This document shows, one piece after another, positions 35,145 to 44,000 of a stretch of DNA of 64,000 bases; position 1 is the stretch's first letter, and every line of letters begins with the position of its first letter. Both the position numbers and the translations under genes were made by a program. Source of the DNA: Bacteroidota bacterium (GTDB lineage Bacteria > Bacteroidota > Bacteroidia > Bacteroidales > FEN-979); contig JBDROF010000043.1 in the NCBI GenBank assembly GCA_043810345.1, positions 1,112-65,111 on the forward strand. Reading direction: 5' to 3'. The notes under the pieces are model-generated. The model had not been told where the DNA came from. It did not search any database and was given only the letters and a program-made list of their open reading frames with translations.

Positions 35145-35171
35145 GAATGATCAAAGGTAGGAAAACCTCTC

Positions 35172-36917
35172 TTAAAAGCTGATGGTTGCGGCAAGCCGTC
35201 CGCTCCAGGTTGGAAGCTGCCCGAGCTGCATTTCGCCGGAAGGTGAATGATAGGCAATGATGCCATCCAGTGAAAGCCACTGAACCGGTCTGAAGCCGAG
35301 TGAGCAGGTGAGAGTTAAGACTTCACGGGTCGGATTTTGGGTCAGGTAATTGCACCCTGCGGTGGCAGAAAACCAGGAAGTGGGAGATGCCTGGAGATCA
35401 AATCCTGTTGTGATGAGTTTTGTGAGGCCGGAAGGCTTCTCCTCTCCGGTCCAGGAAACATAGAACCGGGAATTGAAATACCGCATGATGCTCAGGGATT
35501 GATTAAGTCCGATGCTGACCGAAGTGGACAGTTCCCGGTCCTCATCCCGTCGCATCTGATTGTTAATATAGGTAAAACTGACAGATGTAAGACAGTTAAC
35601 CTGCAGGATTCGCCAGGGATAAGAGGATGACAAGCCGGTAATCAGACTTCGATAGGTCACCGGATGAACCGTGTTTCGCGAAGTTTGCCAGGACGGCATT
35701 GCCTGGATGGTAAAAACGGGCCATTTTTTAACCCGGATCGTAAGATTTCCTCCACAAAGCAACGACCGGAACCTCCGGGTGTCATGCCCCTCCGGATCAC
35801 GCCGGATATGTTTTCCAAAGACACTATAGGTAAGTATTTTTTTAATAAGGGTACCTTGAATCTTCCCTTCGATGGTTTGATTATTTTTCCGCAGGAAAGG
35901 GGAGCCCATGGTTTGATAGCCCGGTCCTGTACGGGTATAACTCCCTTTTATTTTGATATTAGAGAGGTTGACCGACAGGGTACTCCTGCAGGCCCAATCA
36001 GCGTGCGAGCCGAGGCGGGGATTCAGAAATGAAAAGAACTTAAGGGCATCATTGTCTGCTTCCGGCACCGGGGCTTCCATGTCTGGCGTGAAAAAGGAGG
36101 CGGTTGCTTCTGCTTCGAAACGGATCCTTTGCTTCCAGAAGGTCAGCGCAAGTTCCGCCCCTGTTATCCAGTTCTCAGCGGGCGTGATCTTCAACTGGGC
36201 AGTATCAGGAAGGATGATGATGGTATCATATCCTTGGATGAGGGTATCGGCCGGCCGGGGAAAGAGGAACGATTGTTCCAGCGAAGAGTCCGGCCGATCC
36301 CAGGCATGCATCAGCGAAAGGTAGAAATGGCTTCGTTCTACTTTTCCAAATCCTGTTTTTGCCATCCACAGATACCGCCGGTAGGGCTCCTTGTAAGGTC
36401 CGAAACCACTGAGAACCCGGTTCGTTTGCCCATAGGTGAAAGCAGCATAAACCGGCCCCGGATTGATGGCGATATTGACCCCCCTGACGGAAACACCCGC
36501 CAGGATGAGGGGAGAATACACCGGATTACAATCACCGGCTTCCAGCGTGACTATCCACCTTAACCGCCGCTGAAGGTGATGGAATCGCGAGAGGGTGTCA
36601 CGGATCAGGGCTGACAACATCCTGCTGTAATCAAAGCGTAAGGTTACTGCATTCATCCCCTGGAGGTTTTTCTGATTTCCGGTGGCGTAAAACAGGGAGA
36701 ATCCCAGCGGCAGCCCGGCCACCTTCAGCTCCAGGTTCAACGCCTGCCGGAAATAGTTCGCAGGAAGTAATGAGCCCGGGAAAGTGGCGCTGGCAAAATC
36801 AAAGCTGCTGACGCTGCTTCCGTGAAGCTCCACCCAACTCTCCTGCTGCTGGCCGTTTACATGACCGGCCGGCAGCAGGAAGAGCAGGGTGTAAACCAGT
36901 GGGATGATCCGTTTCAT
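35172..36917 (-). CDS. predicted outer-membrane beta-barrel protein, family unknown
   Basis: ATG at 36917 gives the signal peptide MKRIIPLVYTLLFLLPAGHVNGQ. The pattern is alternating and beta-rich, with a C-terminal ...LAATISF. The gene lies 12 nt downstream of the 1098-aa gene. Confidence 0.5.
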   Translation of the reverse strand: MKRIIPLVYTLLFLLPAGHVNGQQQESWVELHGSSVSSFDFASATFPGSLLPANYFRQALNLELKVAGLPLGFSLFYATGNQKNLQGMNAVTLRFDYSRMLSALIRDTLSRFHHLQRRLRWIVTLEAGDCNPVYSPLILAGVSVRGVNIAINPGPVYAAFTYGQTNRVLSGFGPYKEPYRRYLWMAKTGFGKVERSHFYLSLMHAWDRPDSSLEQSFLFPRPADTLIQGYDTIIILPDTAQLKITPAENWITGAELALTFWKQRIRFEAEATASFFTPDMEAPVPEADNDALKFFSFLNPRLGSHADWACRSTLSVNLSNIKIKGSYTRTGPGYQTMGSPFLRKNNQTIEGKIQGTLIKKILTYSVFGKHIRRDPEGHDTRRFRSLLCGGNLTIRVKKWPVFTIQAMPSWQTSRNTVHPVTYRSLITGLSSSYPWRILQVNCLTSVSFTYINNQMRRDEDRELSTSVSIGLNQSLSIMRYFNSRFYVSWTGEEKPSGLTKLITTGFDLQASPTSWFSATAGCNYLTQNPTREVLTLTCSLGFRPVQWLSLDGIIAYHSPSGEMQLGQLPTWSGRLAATISF

Positions 36918-36944
36918 AGAACCGGAATGCATGAAGGTTTCTAT

Positions 36945-39900
36945 TTACTCACAACCAAGTTTTATCAGGATAGCAGTCTGTAAGGTATTTTGAACACAAG
37001 CTCCATCAGTGACAATACAGGTGACGTTCACCATACAGTCTCCCGAAAGACCGGGAAAGAACCCCGTCAATGTGGTAACGGGAATGGTGACCAATAGCTC
37101 TCTTTCTGAGACAGGGGTGGTGGAGAAGTGAGTTACTACCTCCAATAATCCTGAATATCCGGAGGAAGTTGGCGAGAAATGGCGGCAATCTGTGGTGGCA
37201 GAAGGAACCGTTTGATATGACAGGATAAGTTGAACAGTTAAGATCCGGGTATCATCCGTGATGCGGAATTGAATAGACTCTTCCGGAACCAGAGGATAGG
37301 ACAGGCATGGGGCTGACCTGCAGATTAACCCGGTCATGTCGCACAGGTACAAAGGCCCGGAGGTGATGGGGTTCGTCAGGGTAATCACCGGCAGGTTTGT
37401 TTCATAGGCGCCATCCTCGCGCTGGATATGCAGGGCAAAGGCAAAGCCATAATAACCGGATGATGGGGAAGTTGAATAGTTAAAGAGCAACATATTATTC
37501 CCACCAGGATCGAAATAGGTATACGGAATGGTGAAAGAGGATAGGGAAGCACAACTGCCGTTATGACTTCCGATCACGTGTCCATTCAGATAGATATTGT
37601 ACCTTGCAGGCGAGATGATCTCGATGCAGGCATTGCGAATGCACCCATCCACGTTGAAGCAATGGATAAATTCATGGGGACTTGCGCTGATCCCGGATTC
37701 ATTTTCACCAATCCATTCCGCTCCTTCAGGAGTCAGCGGGCAGCCAGGCCTGTCAACCAACACGGCATGAGCGTCGCGCATAGTGCATAGTCTGTCATGA
37801 TCGGAATCTACCAGAATATCTGTACTGGATACAATGGTCCGGTTCCACTCCCCTTCGCAGGAACGGACAGAATGCGGTTCTCCTGAGAAAGATGTGCGGA
37901 AATACGGCCCATCATCATTTTGAAGAGCAATACAACCATATCCTGGTTTGCATATCCACACAACACTATATAGATATAAGTGATCCGGAAGCAACGGAGG
38001 ATCGAAAACCGGCCGGATGGTCAGCGACTCCTTGCCGGGATGCAATCTGACGGCCTCCACATATTCCCGTGGAGGATCATCATAAATGGTTATTTTTAAC
38101 GTAATACATGAGGTATCAGCACCTGCACCTGCATCCATAAACCCTCCCAGACTTTTCCAGCGTTCGTACTGGGATAATCCCTGTTTCTCCGTATCGTTTT
38201 CGTCGACAGGAACGAGGATCACGCTGAATTCCGGCTGCAATGTTGTGATGGCTTTATCCTTTGGAGAGATCACTTTGAGCCGGTATCCATAATTAAAGCA
38301 AGGGATGATATAATCCTCCACTTCGCCGGAAGTCACTTCCCCCCAATACGAGGTGCTGTTCCCCTGCGGGATATCTCCATCGAGATTGGGAGTAAGGCGA
38401 AATCTTGCAGGACGATCTGCAGTAACGTCAGGAGCTTTCCCACTGTAAAAATAAAAACGGTATCCCGCACAGGTCGTATCACCGCCCCATGTTTCCGGGT
38501 CTATCCAAGCTACATTCCCGCTCAGGAGAGGAGCTGTACTGGTATTGTAGAGAGGATCCACTCGGGTCCAGGATAATTTGTCACTCCCCAGACAGTCTTC
38601 GTAATCATCATCCCAGTCGCCATCAGCATTCCAGTCTACCCATCCGGTAAATAGAAGCTTGTTTGAACGGATGTATTCCTGATGAATCGACATCTCCACA
38701 TCAATGCTGTATAGCCGGCATTGATCGCAATAATCGACAGTTGGAGTAAAGAAGATACCATCGTCAAAATTATCTTCTCCGGCGGAAATAGATCTGGAAT
38801 CGCTTTCCAGATCAGGTTTGATTTCATCGCACAAATACCTGTTTTCAATGGTTCCCAGCCATGCCTGCTGTGTTTCGGGAATGTATCTGTCATACACACA
38901 TATAGGCCCAAATGCCGTACGGAATAAAGAGATGTCGGAACCCGGATTGGGAAGAACGTCCTGATCAATCACATAATTGCCCTTCATCATCCAGTAACAA
39001 CGGGCGCCGTCGTGACGTAAAAGAGTACGGTATCCGGCAGGGGTTACCGGGTCGTCAGGGGCATCTCCGAAATCAAACCGTTTATCGGGAAACGTGATGG
39101 GAAAGATCGAGTCCTGAAGAAAATAATGCTCTTTGGTCAACAGATAGACTAGCCAGACATATCCTTTTTCCGGGTTCCATTGCACCTCTTTCCGTGGAAT
39201 GATCAACTGGGTTTCCTTGAGTTCGCTTTTTGAAAAAACCAGGTTCTCTTTGCTGAATTTTCGCGGGTAACTTGTAAGATCATATTGGTAAACCTGGAAC
39301 AGATAGGTCGCCGGTTCTGTCAATTGACCTGAAACCCTCCATTTAAAGACCAGGTCTTCGTCTGGGGCCAGACTCTCTTTGACATGAGGGCCGTCGACAA
39401 TGCTGAGGGTGACTGGAACTTCGGTCTGGGATTCATCAGCCACCTGGAACCAGAAGGGCGACGAGGGAGGGGCCAGTTGCTCTCCGTTTTTAGTATAGGC
39501 GGTGACCTGCCAGGCGTACTTTTTGTCTTTTTCCAACAGTCGTGCATTACCCGGGTATTGAAATATGGTACCGGAAATGGTATTACTCTGGTACCAGGAG
39601 GGATTGGAAGCAAGCGCCTGGTCGACCGTTTGATGAGGAAGCAACTCAACCATCCTGAATACAAAAACCATGATTATCTTAAAAGACATCAGTGTGGGAG
39701 GCATCCAGGTGAAGATCGGGAGGAGTTGATCGACCTGTGACTCATTTTCAGGAAAGATCAACTCGGGTGCCAGCGGGAAAATAAGTTCAGTCTGGATACA
39801 ATCTTCCCCTACCTCTCTTTGAGTGGAAGCATCGATTACCCGGATGCAGATGGAATAGGTGCCGGGGGGTACCGTTCCCGTTCTCAACACATAGCTTTCC

Positions 39901-40241
39901 ACCTGCTTGTTGCTGTAATTGATCTTCACCGGTTCCAGCTGGGAAAAGGCAGGCAGCCCGTTGAAGCCGGCTTTCAGGGTAAATACGGCAGATTTTCCGT
40001 CAAAAAGCAATCCTTTGGTTTCTTCGGTTACGGTTCCCAGCAGGTAAACCTGCAGATCTTTCCCTGAGAGGTTGATCAGTTGGGCATTATACAGATCCTT
40101 GACCCCAAACTGGTCAATGGGAGGGAGGTTCAACCTGACCAGCACTTCCTGGGAGAAGGAGTTCAATCCGGTCAGCAGGAACACAACCAGCAGACACCTC
40201 CACTTCTGTGTTTTTTTTCGGTTCTTTTCTTTCGGTTTCAT
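36945..40241 (-). CDS. 1098-aa secreted protein with a central GEVED domain
   Basis: Signal peptide (..LLTGLNSFSQ|E). The central segment runs from FDFGDAPDD...DGARCYW to WGEVTSGEVEDYIIP, the GEVED-domain signature. N-terminal Ig-like modules are present. The ~450-aa Cys-rich C-terminal region is unrecognised. There is no T9SS CTD. Confidence 0.55.
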   Translation of the reverse strand: MKPKEKNRKKTQKWRCLLVVFLLTGLNSFSQEVLVRLNLPPIDQFGVKDLYNAQLINLSGKDLQVYLLGTVTEETKGLLFDGKSAVFTLKAGFNGLPAFSQLEPVKINYSNKQVESYVLRTGTVPPGTYSICIRVIDASTQREVGEDCIQTELIFPLAPELIFPENESQVDQLLPIFTWMPPTLMSFKIIMVFVFRMVELLPHQTVDQALASNPSWYQSNTISGTIFQYPGNARLLEKDKKYAWQVTAYTKNGEQLAPPSSPFWFQVADESQTEVPVTLSIVDGPHVKESLAPDEDLVFKWRVSGQLTEPATYLFQVYQYDLTSYPRKFSKENLVFSKSELKETQLIIPRKEVQWNPEKGYVWLVYLLTKEHYFLQDSIFPITFPDKRFDFGDAPDDPVTPAGYRTLLRHDGARCYWMMKGNYVIDQDVLPNPGSDISLFRTAFGPICVYDRYIPETQQAWLGTIENRYLCDEIKPDLESDSRSISAGEDNFDDGIFFTPTVDYCDQCRLYSIDVEMSIHQEYIRSNKLLFTGWVDWNADGDWDDDYEDCLGSDKLSWTRVDPLYNTSTAPLLSGNVAWIDPETWGGDTTCAGYRFYFYSGKAPDVTADRPARFRLTPNLDGDIPQGNSTSYWGEVTSGEVEDYIIPCFNYGYRLKVISPKDKAITTLQPEFSVILVPVDENDTEKQGLSQYERWKSLGGFMDAGAGADTSCITLKITIYDDPPREYVEAVRLHPGKESLTIRPVFDPPLLPDHLYLYSVVWICKPGYGCIALQNDDGPYFRTSFSGEPHSVRSCEGEWNRTIVSSTDILVDSDHDRLCTMRDAHAVLVDRPGCPLTPEGAEWIGENESGISASPHEFIHCFNVDGCIRNACIEIISPARYNIYLNGHVIGSHNGSCASLSSFTIPYTYFDPGGNNMLLFNYSTSPSSGYYGFAFALHIQREDGAYETNLPVITLTNPITSGPLYLCDMTGLICRSAPCLSYPLVPEESIQFRITDDTRILTVQLILSYQTVPSATTDCRHFSPTSSGYSGLLEVVTHFSTTPVSERELLVTIPVTTLTGFFPGLSGDCMVNVTCIVTDGACVQNTLQTAILIKLGCE

Positions 40242-40350
40242 GGGCGTTTAGATTTGAATTTTATGTGAAATTACGCCGCAGGATATGTTCGCACAATGAG
40301 GAATGAGCAGTCACCCGATCCGGATTAGCAATACAGGAAAAGCGTTGAGT

Positions 40351-40370
40351 GAAATGAAACGAAACGAAAT
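40351..40370. repeat. tandem pentamer GAAAY x4
   Basis: gaaat gaaac gaaac gaaat. Ends 3 nt from the response-regulator stop codon (40374-40376). Confidence 0.6.
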
Positions 40371-40373
40371 GGT

Positions 40374-41135
40374 TTAAACTCCCATGGCGTGATCTTTAAG
40401 CCGGCTGAGGAACTCTTTCTTGCGGCTTTCCGAAATATCGACTTCCGCTTGATCGGCCATGATCAGCGTGCCTCCCTTGCCTCTGACAAACTTCTGGATA
40501 TGATGCAGATTGACGATATGCTTATTGTGGACTCTGCAGAACTGGAGGTCGGTAAGCAGGTTATCGTAAAAATTGAGAGTCCTGGAAACCATGACTTTAC
40601 GTTGGTCCGTAAGAAAGAAAAGGGTGTAATTACTTTCGGCCTGGCAACGGATGATCTCGTCAAGAGTAATGATGGTAAAACCGGTTAGGGAGGGTAAAAC
40701 AATTTTATCGGGCTTGTTTCTGATCGACTCCTGGAGGATTTGGTGCCGCTGGACAGGATAGGTTGTCTCTCTCCTTTCCAGAAACCGTGATAAAGCTTCC
40801 TGAAACTCCAGGTGACTGACAGGTTTCAGGAGATAATGAATAGCGGCCAGCTCAAATGCCTTGATCGCATAATTGTCATGGGCAGTCACAAAAATCACCT
40901 CAAAAGAGACCTCCCTGCAACGATCCAGGATGAAAAACCCGTCACAATCGGGAAGGGTGATGTCCAGAAATACCAGCTCAGGTTCCAGCGCCTGGATTTT
41001 TTCTATGGCTTCAGTTCCTGTCATAGCGGTATCCACCACTTCAAAACCGGGTCCATATCGTTCCAGTAAATTCCGGATGACCTGAAGGCTGTTCAGCTCA
41101 TCATCGACCAAAAGGGTTTTTACTTTCCGAACCAT
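40374..41135 (-). CDS. LytR/AlgR-family response regulator (REC + LytTR)
   Basis: 253 aa. Receiver domain (LLVDDE...VFLDITLPDCDGF) and LytTR domain (IIRCQAESNYTLFF...FCRVHNKHIVNLHHI). Confidence 0.9.
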   Translation of the reverse strand: MVRKVKTLLVDDELNSLQVIRNLLERYGPGFEVVDTAMTGTEAIEKIQALEPELVFLDITLPDCDGFFILDRCREVSFEVIFVTAHDNYAIKAFELAAIHYLLKPVSHLEFQEALSRFLERRETTYPVQRHQILQESIRNKPDKIVLPSLTGFTIITLDEIIRCQAESNYTLFFLTDQRKVMVSRTLNFYDNLLTDLQFCRVHNKHIVNLHHIQKFVRGKGGTLIMADQAEVDISESRKKEFLSRLKDHAMGV

Positions 41136-43909
41136 CTGAATAAAGAGTTAAAAAAACGTGGTGGATCACTTTCGTGAAAAACAGGGATGAATAGCTCAAC
41201 CCGGGTTCCCGTTTGACCGGGACTTTGTTCATCCAGATCGGTAACCCTCAGGTCAATGGTACGGCTCAGAAGCTTGTTGAGCATTAGCATGCGTTCTTCG
41301 ATGTTTTTCATCCCGGTAGACTGATGACCCACGCGCCGGGTAGCGATCTCGGCAGCGGCTTTCATCCCGATACCGTCGTCTTCCACGTTGACCTTCACCA
41401 CTTGATCCGATTTGGATACCGTTAATGTAACCAGGCCTTTGCCAGCCTTATTGGCCAGACCATGACGGATGGCATTCTCTAGAAAGGGCTGAATCAACAT
41501 CGGAGGAATCATGATCTCCTCTGGCTCTATGTCGTTGTCAATATCAATCCGGTAGTCGAATTTATCCTCAAACCGCAACTTTTCGAGATCAAGGTAAAGC
41601 CGGATGGTGGACAGCTCTTCCTCCAGCGAAACGAGGTTGTGTTTGGAGTTTTCCAGCACCCTTCGCATCAGTTTCGAAAAATTGGAGAGGTACAGACCTG
41701 CGGTCTCCTCTTCATGATGGAAAATAAAATGTTGGACGGAATTTAACGAGTTGAAGATGAAATGCGGATTCATCTGTAACCGTAAGGCCTTCTGCTGCAT
41801 CCAGAGATAATCGGTCCGGAATTTCATCCGGTGTTCGATTCGTTTGATGACCAGGAAAACAGAGCCTGCTACCAGGAACGACACCAGGAGTCCAATAATC
41901 AGATAAAAATACCACGTTTCATAGAAATAGGGATCAATGGTGAATCCGAGCTGTGCGGAAGAGTTGGAGAAAATTTCATTGGCATCTTTTGACCGGACCA
42001 GGAAGCGGTAGGTTCCTGCAGGTAGCTGAAAATACCTGGCCGAGAGGTTGCGGGTGGGGATCCAGGCCGAGTCATGCGGTTCAAGCTTATATTCATAAGA
42101 TAGCTGCTCATGATTGGTAAAACAGACACCTTTGAAAAAGATGGTGAGTGTGCGTTGGTTGGCCGGCAGGGAGAACCGGTGGTCTGCAGGATCAAACCTG
42201 TCTTTGTCGTTAATCACGATATGGTCGAAAAAGATGGTGGGAGGAGGAGGGCTCTTTTTCAACTCTTCCGGAATAAACGAGACCATCCCGTTGGAAGTAG
42301 CCAGCCAAAGGTAGTCTCCCTGTCGCTGAATGGCATGAACTTCATTCGAAGGAAGCCCGTCCCAGATGGTCAACGTACGAAACTGCCAGGTCCGGTCCCC
42401 GAATAACAACGCCTGGATCAGACCCTGATCCGTGCCGATCCACAGTGTGGTGTCATTGTCACAAAAAATATCCTCCACCCGCTGGCTTTTCAGTCCGTTA
42501 GCCTGTGATAACTGGAAAGAAGATCCATCCGGGGAGAGAATGACAACACCCGAAGAGGCCGTCCCTGCCACGATTCGTGCACCCCATTGCCTGAGGACAT
42601 TGATCCGGTCGGATAAAAGGGGATATTGGCGCGCCATCTCCTGATAGAGGTTGCCGTTATAGAAGAAAAGCCCATTCAACGTGCCAAGGTAAAGGTTACC
42701 GTCAGAGCTCTTTAAAAGGGATACCGTATGCTCGTAAAAGGAGTCTTTCCGTGAATCATAAACAAGCTTCCCGCGGCGATACACTACATACCCTTCACGG
42801 GAAGGAATATAGATATCTTTATCCGGAGCTTCAAACAATTGATAATACTTCAAAAGAATGATATGGGAAGGGGGCATCTTTTCCCCGGAAAGGCTGTACC
42901 GTAAATATTTCGACTGGGTCAGCCAGAGTTCCCCTGAAGAAGAGATCAGGATACTCCGGATGAACTTGGACGATTCTCCGTTGAGAAGCTCCTGGAAACC
43001 GGAAATCTGACCCTCTGATAGTTCTGCCGAAAACAATTTACCATTAGCCGTGGAAAGAAAAACCTGATGGTCTGCTATGTCAAACGTGATGATGTTGGTA
43101 TTTCCGTTGGACCGGAGGGGGAAAAAGATGTTTTTTTGGATAGAAGGCAGGTAAAGCAGTCCATTCCCTTCAGTGGCCACCCAATAATGATGTTCCCGGT
43201 CTTTCAGAATCCGGGTGATTCTGGAGTTCTTCAGGAATTCGTGTCTGACATCCGATCCCGGATGAACCGTGGCAAATCCTCCGTGTTCATTCCGGATCCA
43301 CAATGTTCCTTCACCGGTCAGATGAAGATTCATTGAATCTTCAGGGACCGGACGGAAAGCCGAAGGAGTTGCGAAATCATAATAGAAAGAGGTAAAAATA
43401 TTCTTTGGAAAGCTGAGGCTGTCTATCCATGTAACCTGATGCTGTGGATCAATGTGGATCACCTTTCCGGTTTCCCTTGCAGGCAGGTAGATATCGTCTT
43501 CAGGAGAGATATAGGTGCCAGTCATGAAATACCGGTGACCCCACCGTTGCAGGGAATCATTTAACGGAAAAAGCGCTATCTTTCCGTTGACAAGGCAGGC
43601 CAGTCGTCCTGTGAATGTGATCAGCCATAGTTTTCCCCGGCTCCCCGGGTAGAGTTTGACGAATGTACGATCCAGCAGCTTTGGCGGGAGTGGGATCACC
43701 CGGAATTCATATCCGTCATAGCAGGCAACCCCGTTACCGGTCGCCAGCCAGATTCTCCCGGTGGTGTCCTGGTACAGGTCATAGATGTTTGAACTGGGGA
43801 GCCCGTCAATAGGAGTATAGTGAAAGTAGAAAGGATCCTGCGAACGGACCGGAGTATTCAGGAAAAGAAAAATAATAACAGAAAAGAGAACCCGCTTTAT
43901 CATGTTCAT
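41120..43909 (-). CDS. sensor histidine kinase: periplasmic two-component-regulator propeller/Y_Y_Y region, TM helix, LytS/YehU-type His_kinase, HATPase_c
   Basis: Signal/anchor MNMIKRVLFSVIIFLFL. Propeller repeats (IWLATGNGVACYDG, LWIGTDQGL, LWLATSNGM). Also MNPHFIFNSLNSVQHFI and NVEDDGIGM. Overlaps the RR gene by 16 nt. Confidence 0.85.
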   Translation of the reverse strand: MNMIKRVLFSVIIFLFLNTPVRSQDPFYFHYTPIDGLPSSNIYDLYQDTTGRIWLATGNGVACYDGYEFRVIPLPPKLLDRTFVKLYPGSRGKLWLITFTGRLACLVNGKIALFPLNDSLQRWGHRYFMTGTYISPEDDIYLPARETGKVIHIDPQHQVTWIDSLSFPKNIFTSFYYDFATPSAFRPVPEDSMNLHLTGEGTLWIRNEHGGFATVHPGSDVRHEFLKNSRITRILKDREHHYWVATEGNGLLYLPSIQKNIFFPLRSNGNTNIITFDIADHQVFLSTANGKLFSAELSEGQISGFQELLNGESSKFIRSILISSSGELWLTQSKYLRYSLSGEKMPPSHIILLKYYQLFEAPDKDIYIPSREGYVVYRRGKLVYDSRKDSFYEHTVSLLKSSDGNLYLGTLNGLFFYNGNLYQEMARQYPLLSDRINVLRQWGARIVAGTASSGVVILSPDGSSFQLSQANGLKSQRVEDIFCDNDTTLWIGTDQGLIQALLFGDRTWQFRTLTIWDGLPSNEVHAIQRQGDYLWLATSNGMVSFIPEELKKSPPPPTIFFDHIVINDKDRFDPADHRFSLPANQRTLTIFFKGVCFTNHEQLSYEYKLEPHDSAWIPTRNLSARYFQLPAGTYRFLVRSKDANEIFSNSSAQLGFTIDPYFYETWYFYLIIGLLVSFLVAGSVFLVIKRIEHRMKFRTDYLWMQQKALRLQMNPHFIFNSLNSVQHFIFHHEEETAGLYLSNFSKLMRRVLENSKHNLVSLEEELSTIRLYLDLEKLRFEDKFDYRIDIDNDIEPEEIMIPPMLIQPFLENAIRHGLANKAGKGLVTLTVSKSDQVVKVNVEDDGIGMKAAAEIATRRVGHQSTGMKNIEERMLMLNKLLSRTIDLRVTDLDEQSPGQTGTRVELFIPVFHESDPPRFFNSLFRWFGK

Positions 43910-43943
43910 TAATCTCATGAGCAAAGATACATACGAAATATAT

Positions 43944-43976
43944 AAAAAAAGAGGCCATCTGTTTAATGGCCTCTTT
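43944..43976 (-). terminator. Rho-independent terminator of the POT transporter gene
   Basis: Perfect 8-bp stem gaggccat/atggcctc (43951-58 and 43966-73), 7-nt loop. In the minus-strand RNA it is followed by U7. Lies 25 nt downstream of the stop at 44001. Confidence 0.8.
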
Positions 43977-44000
43977 CCCGCTGTAAGCATGCAGGTACCC

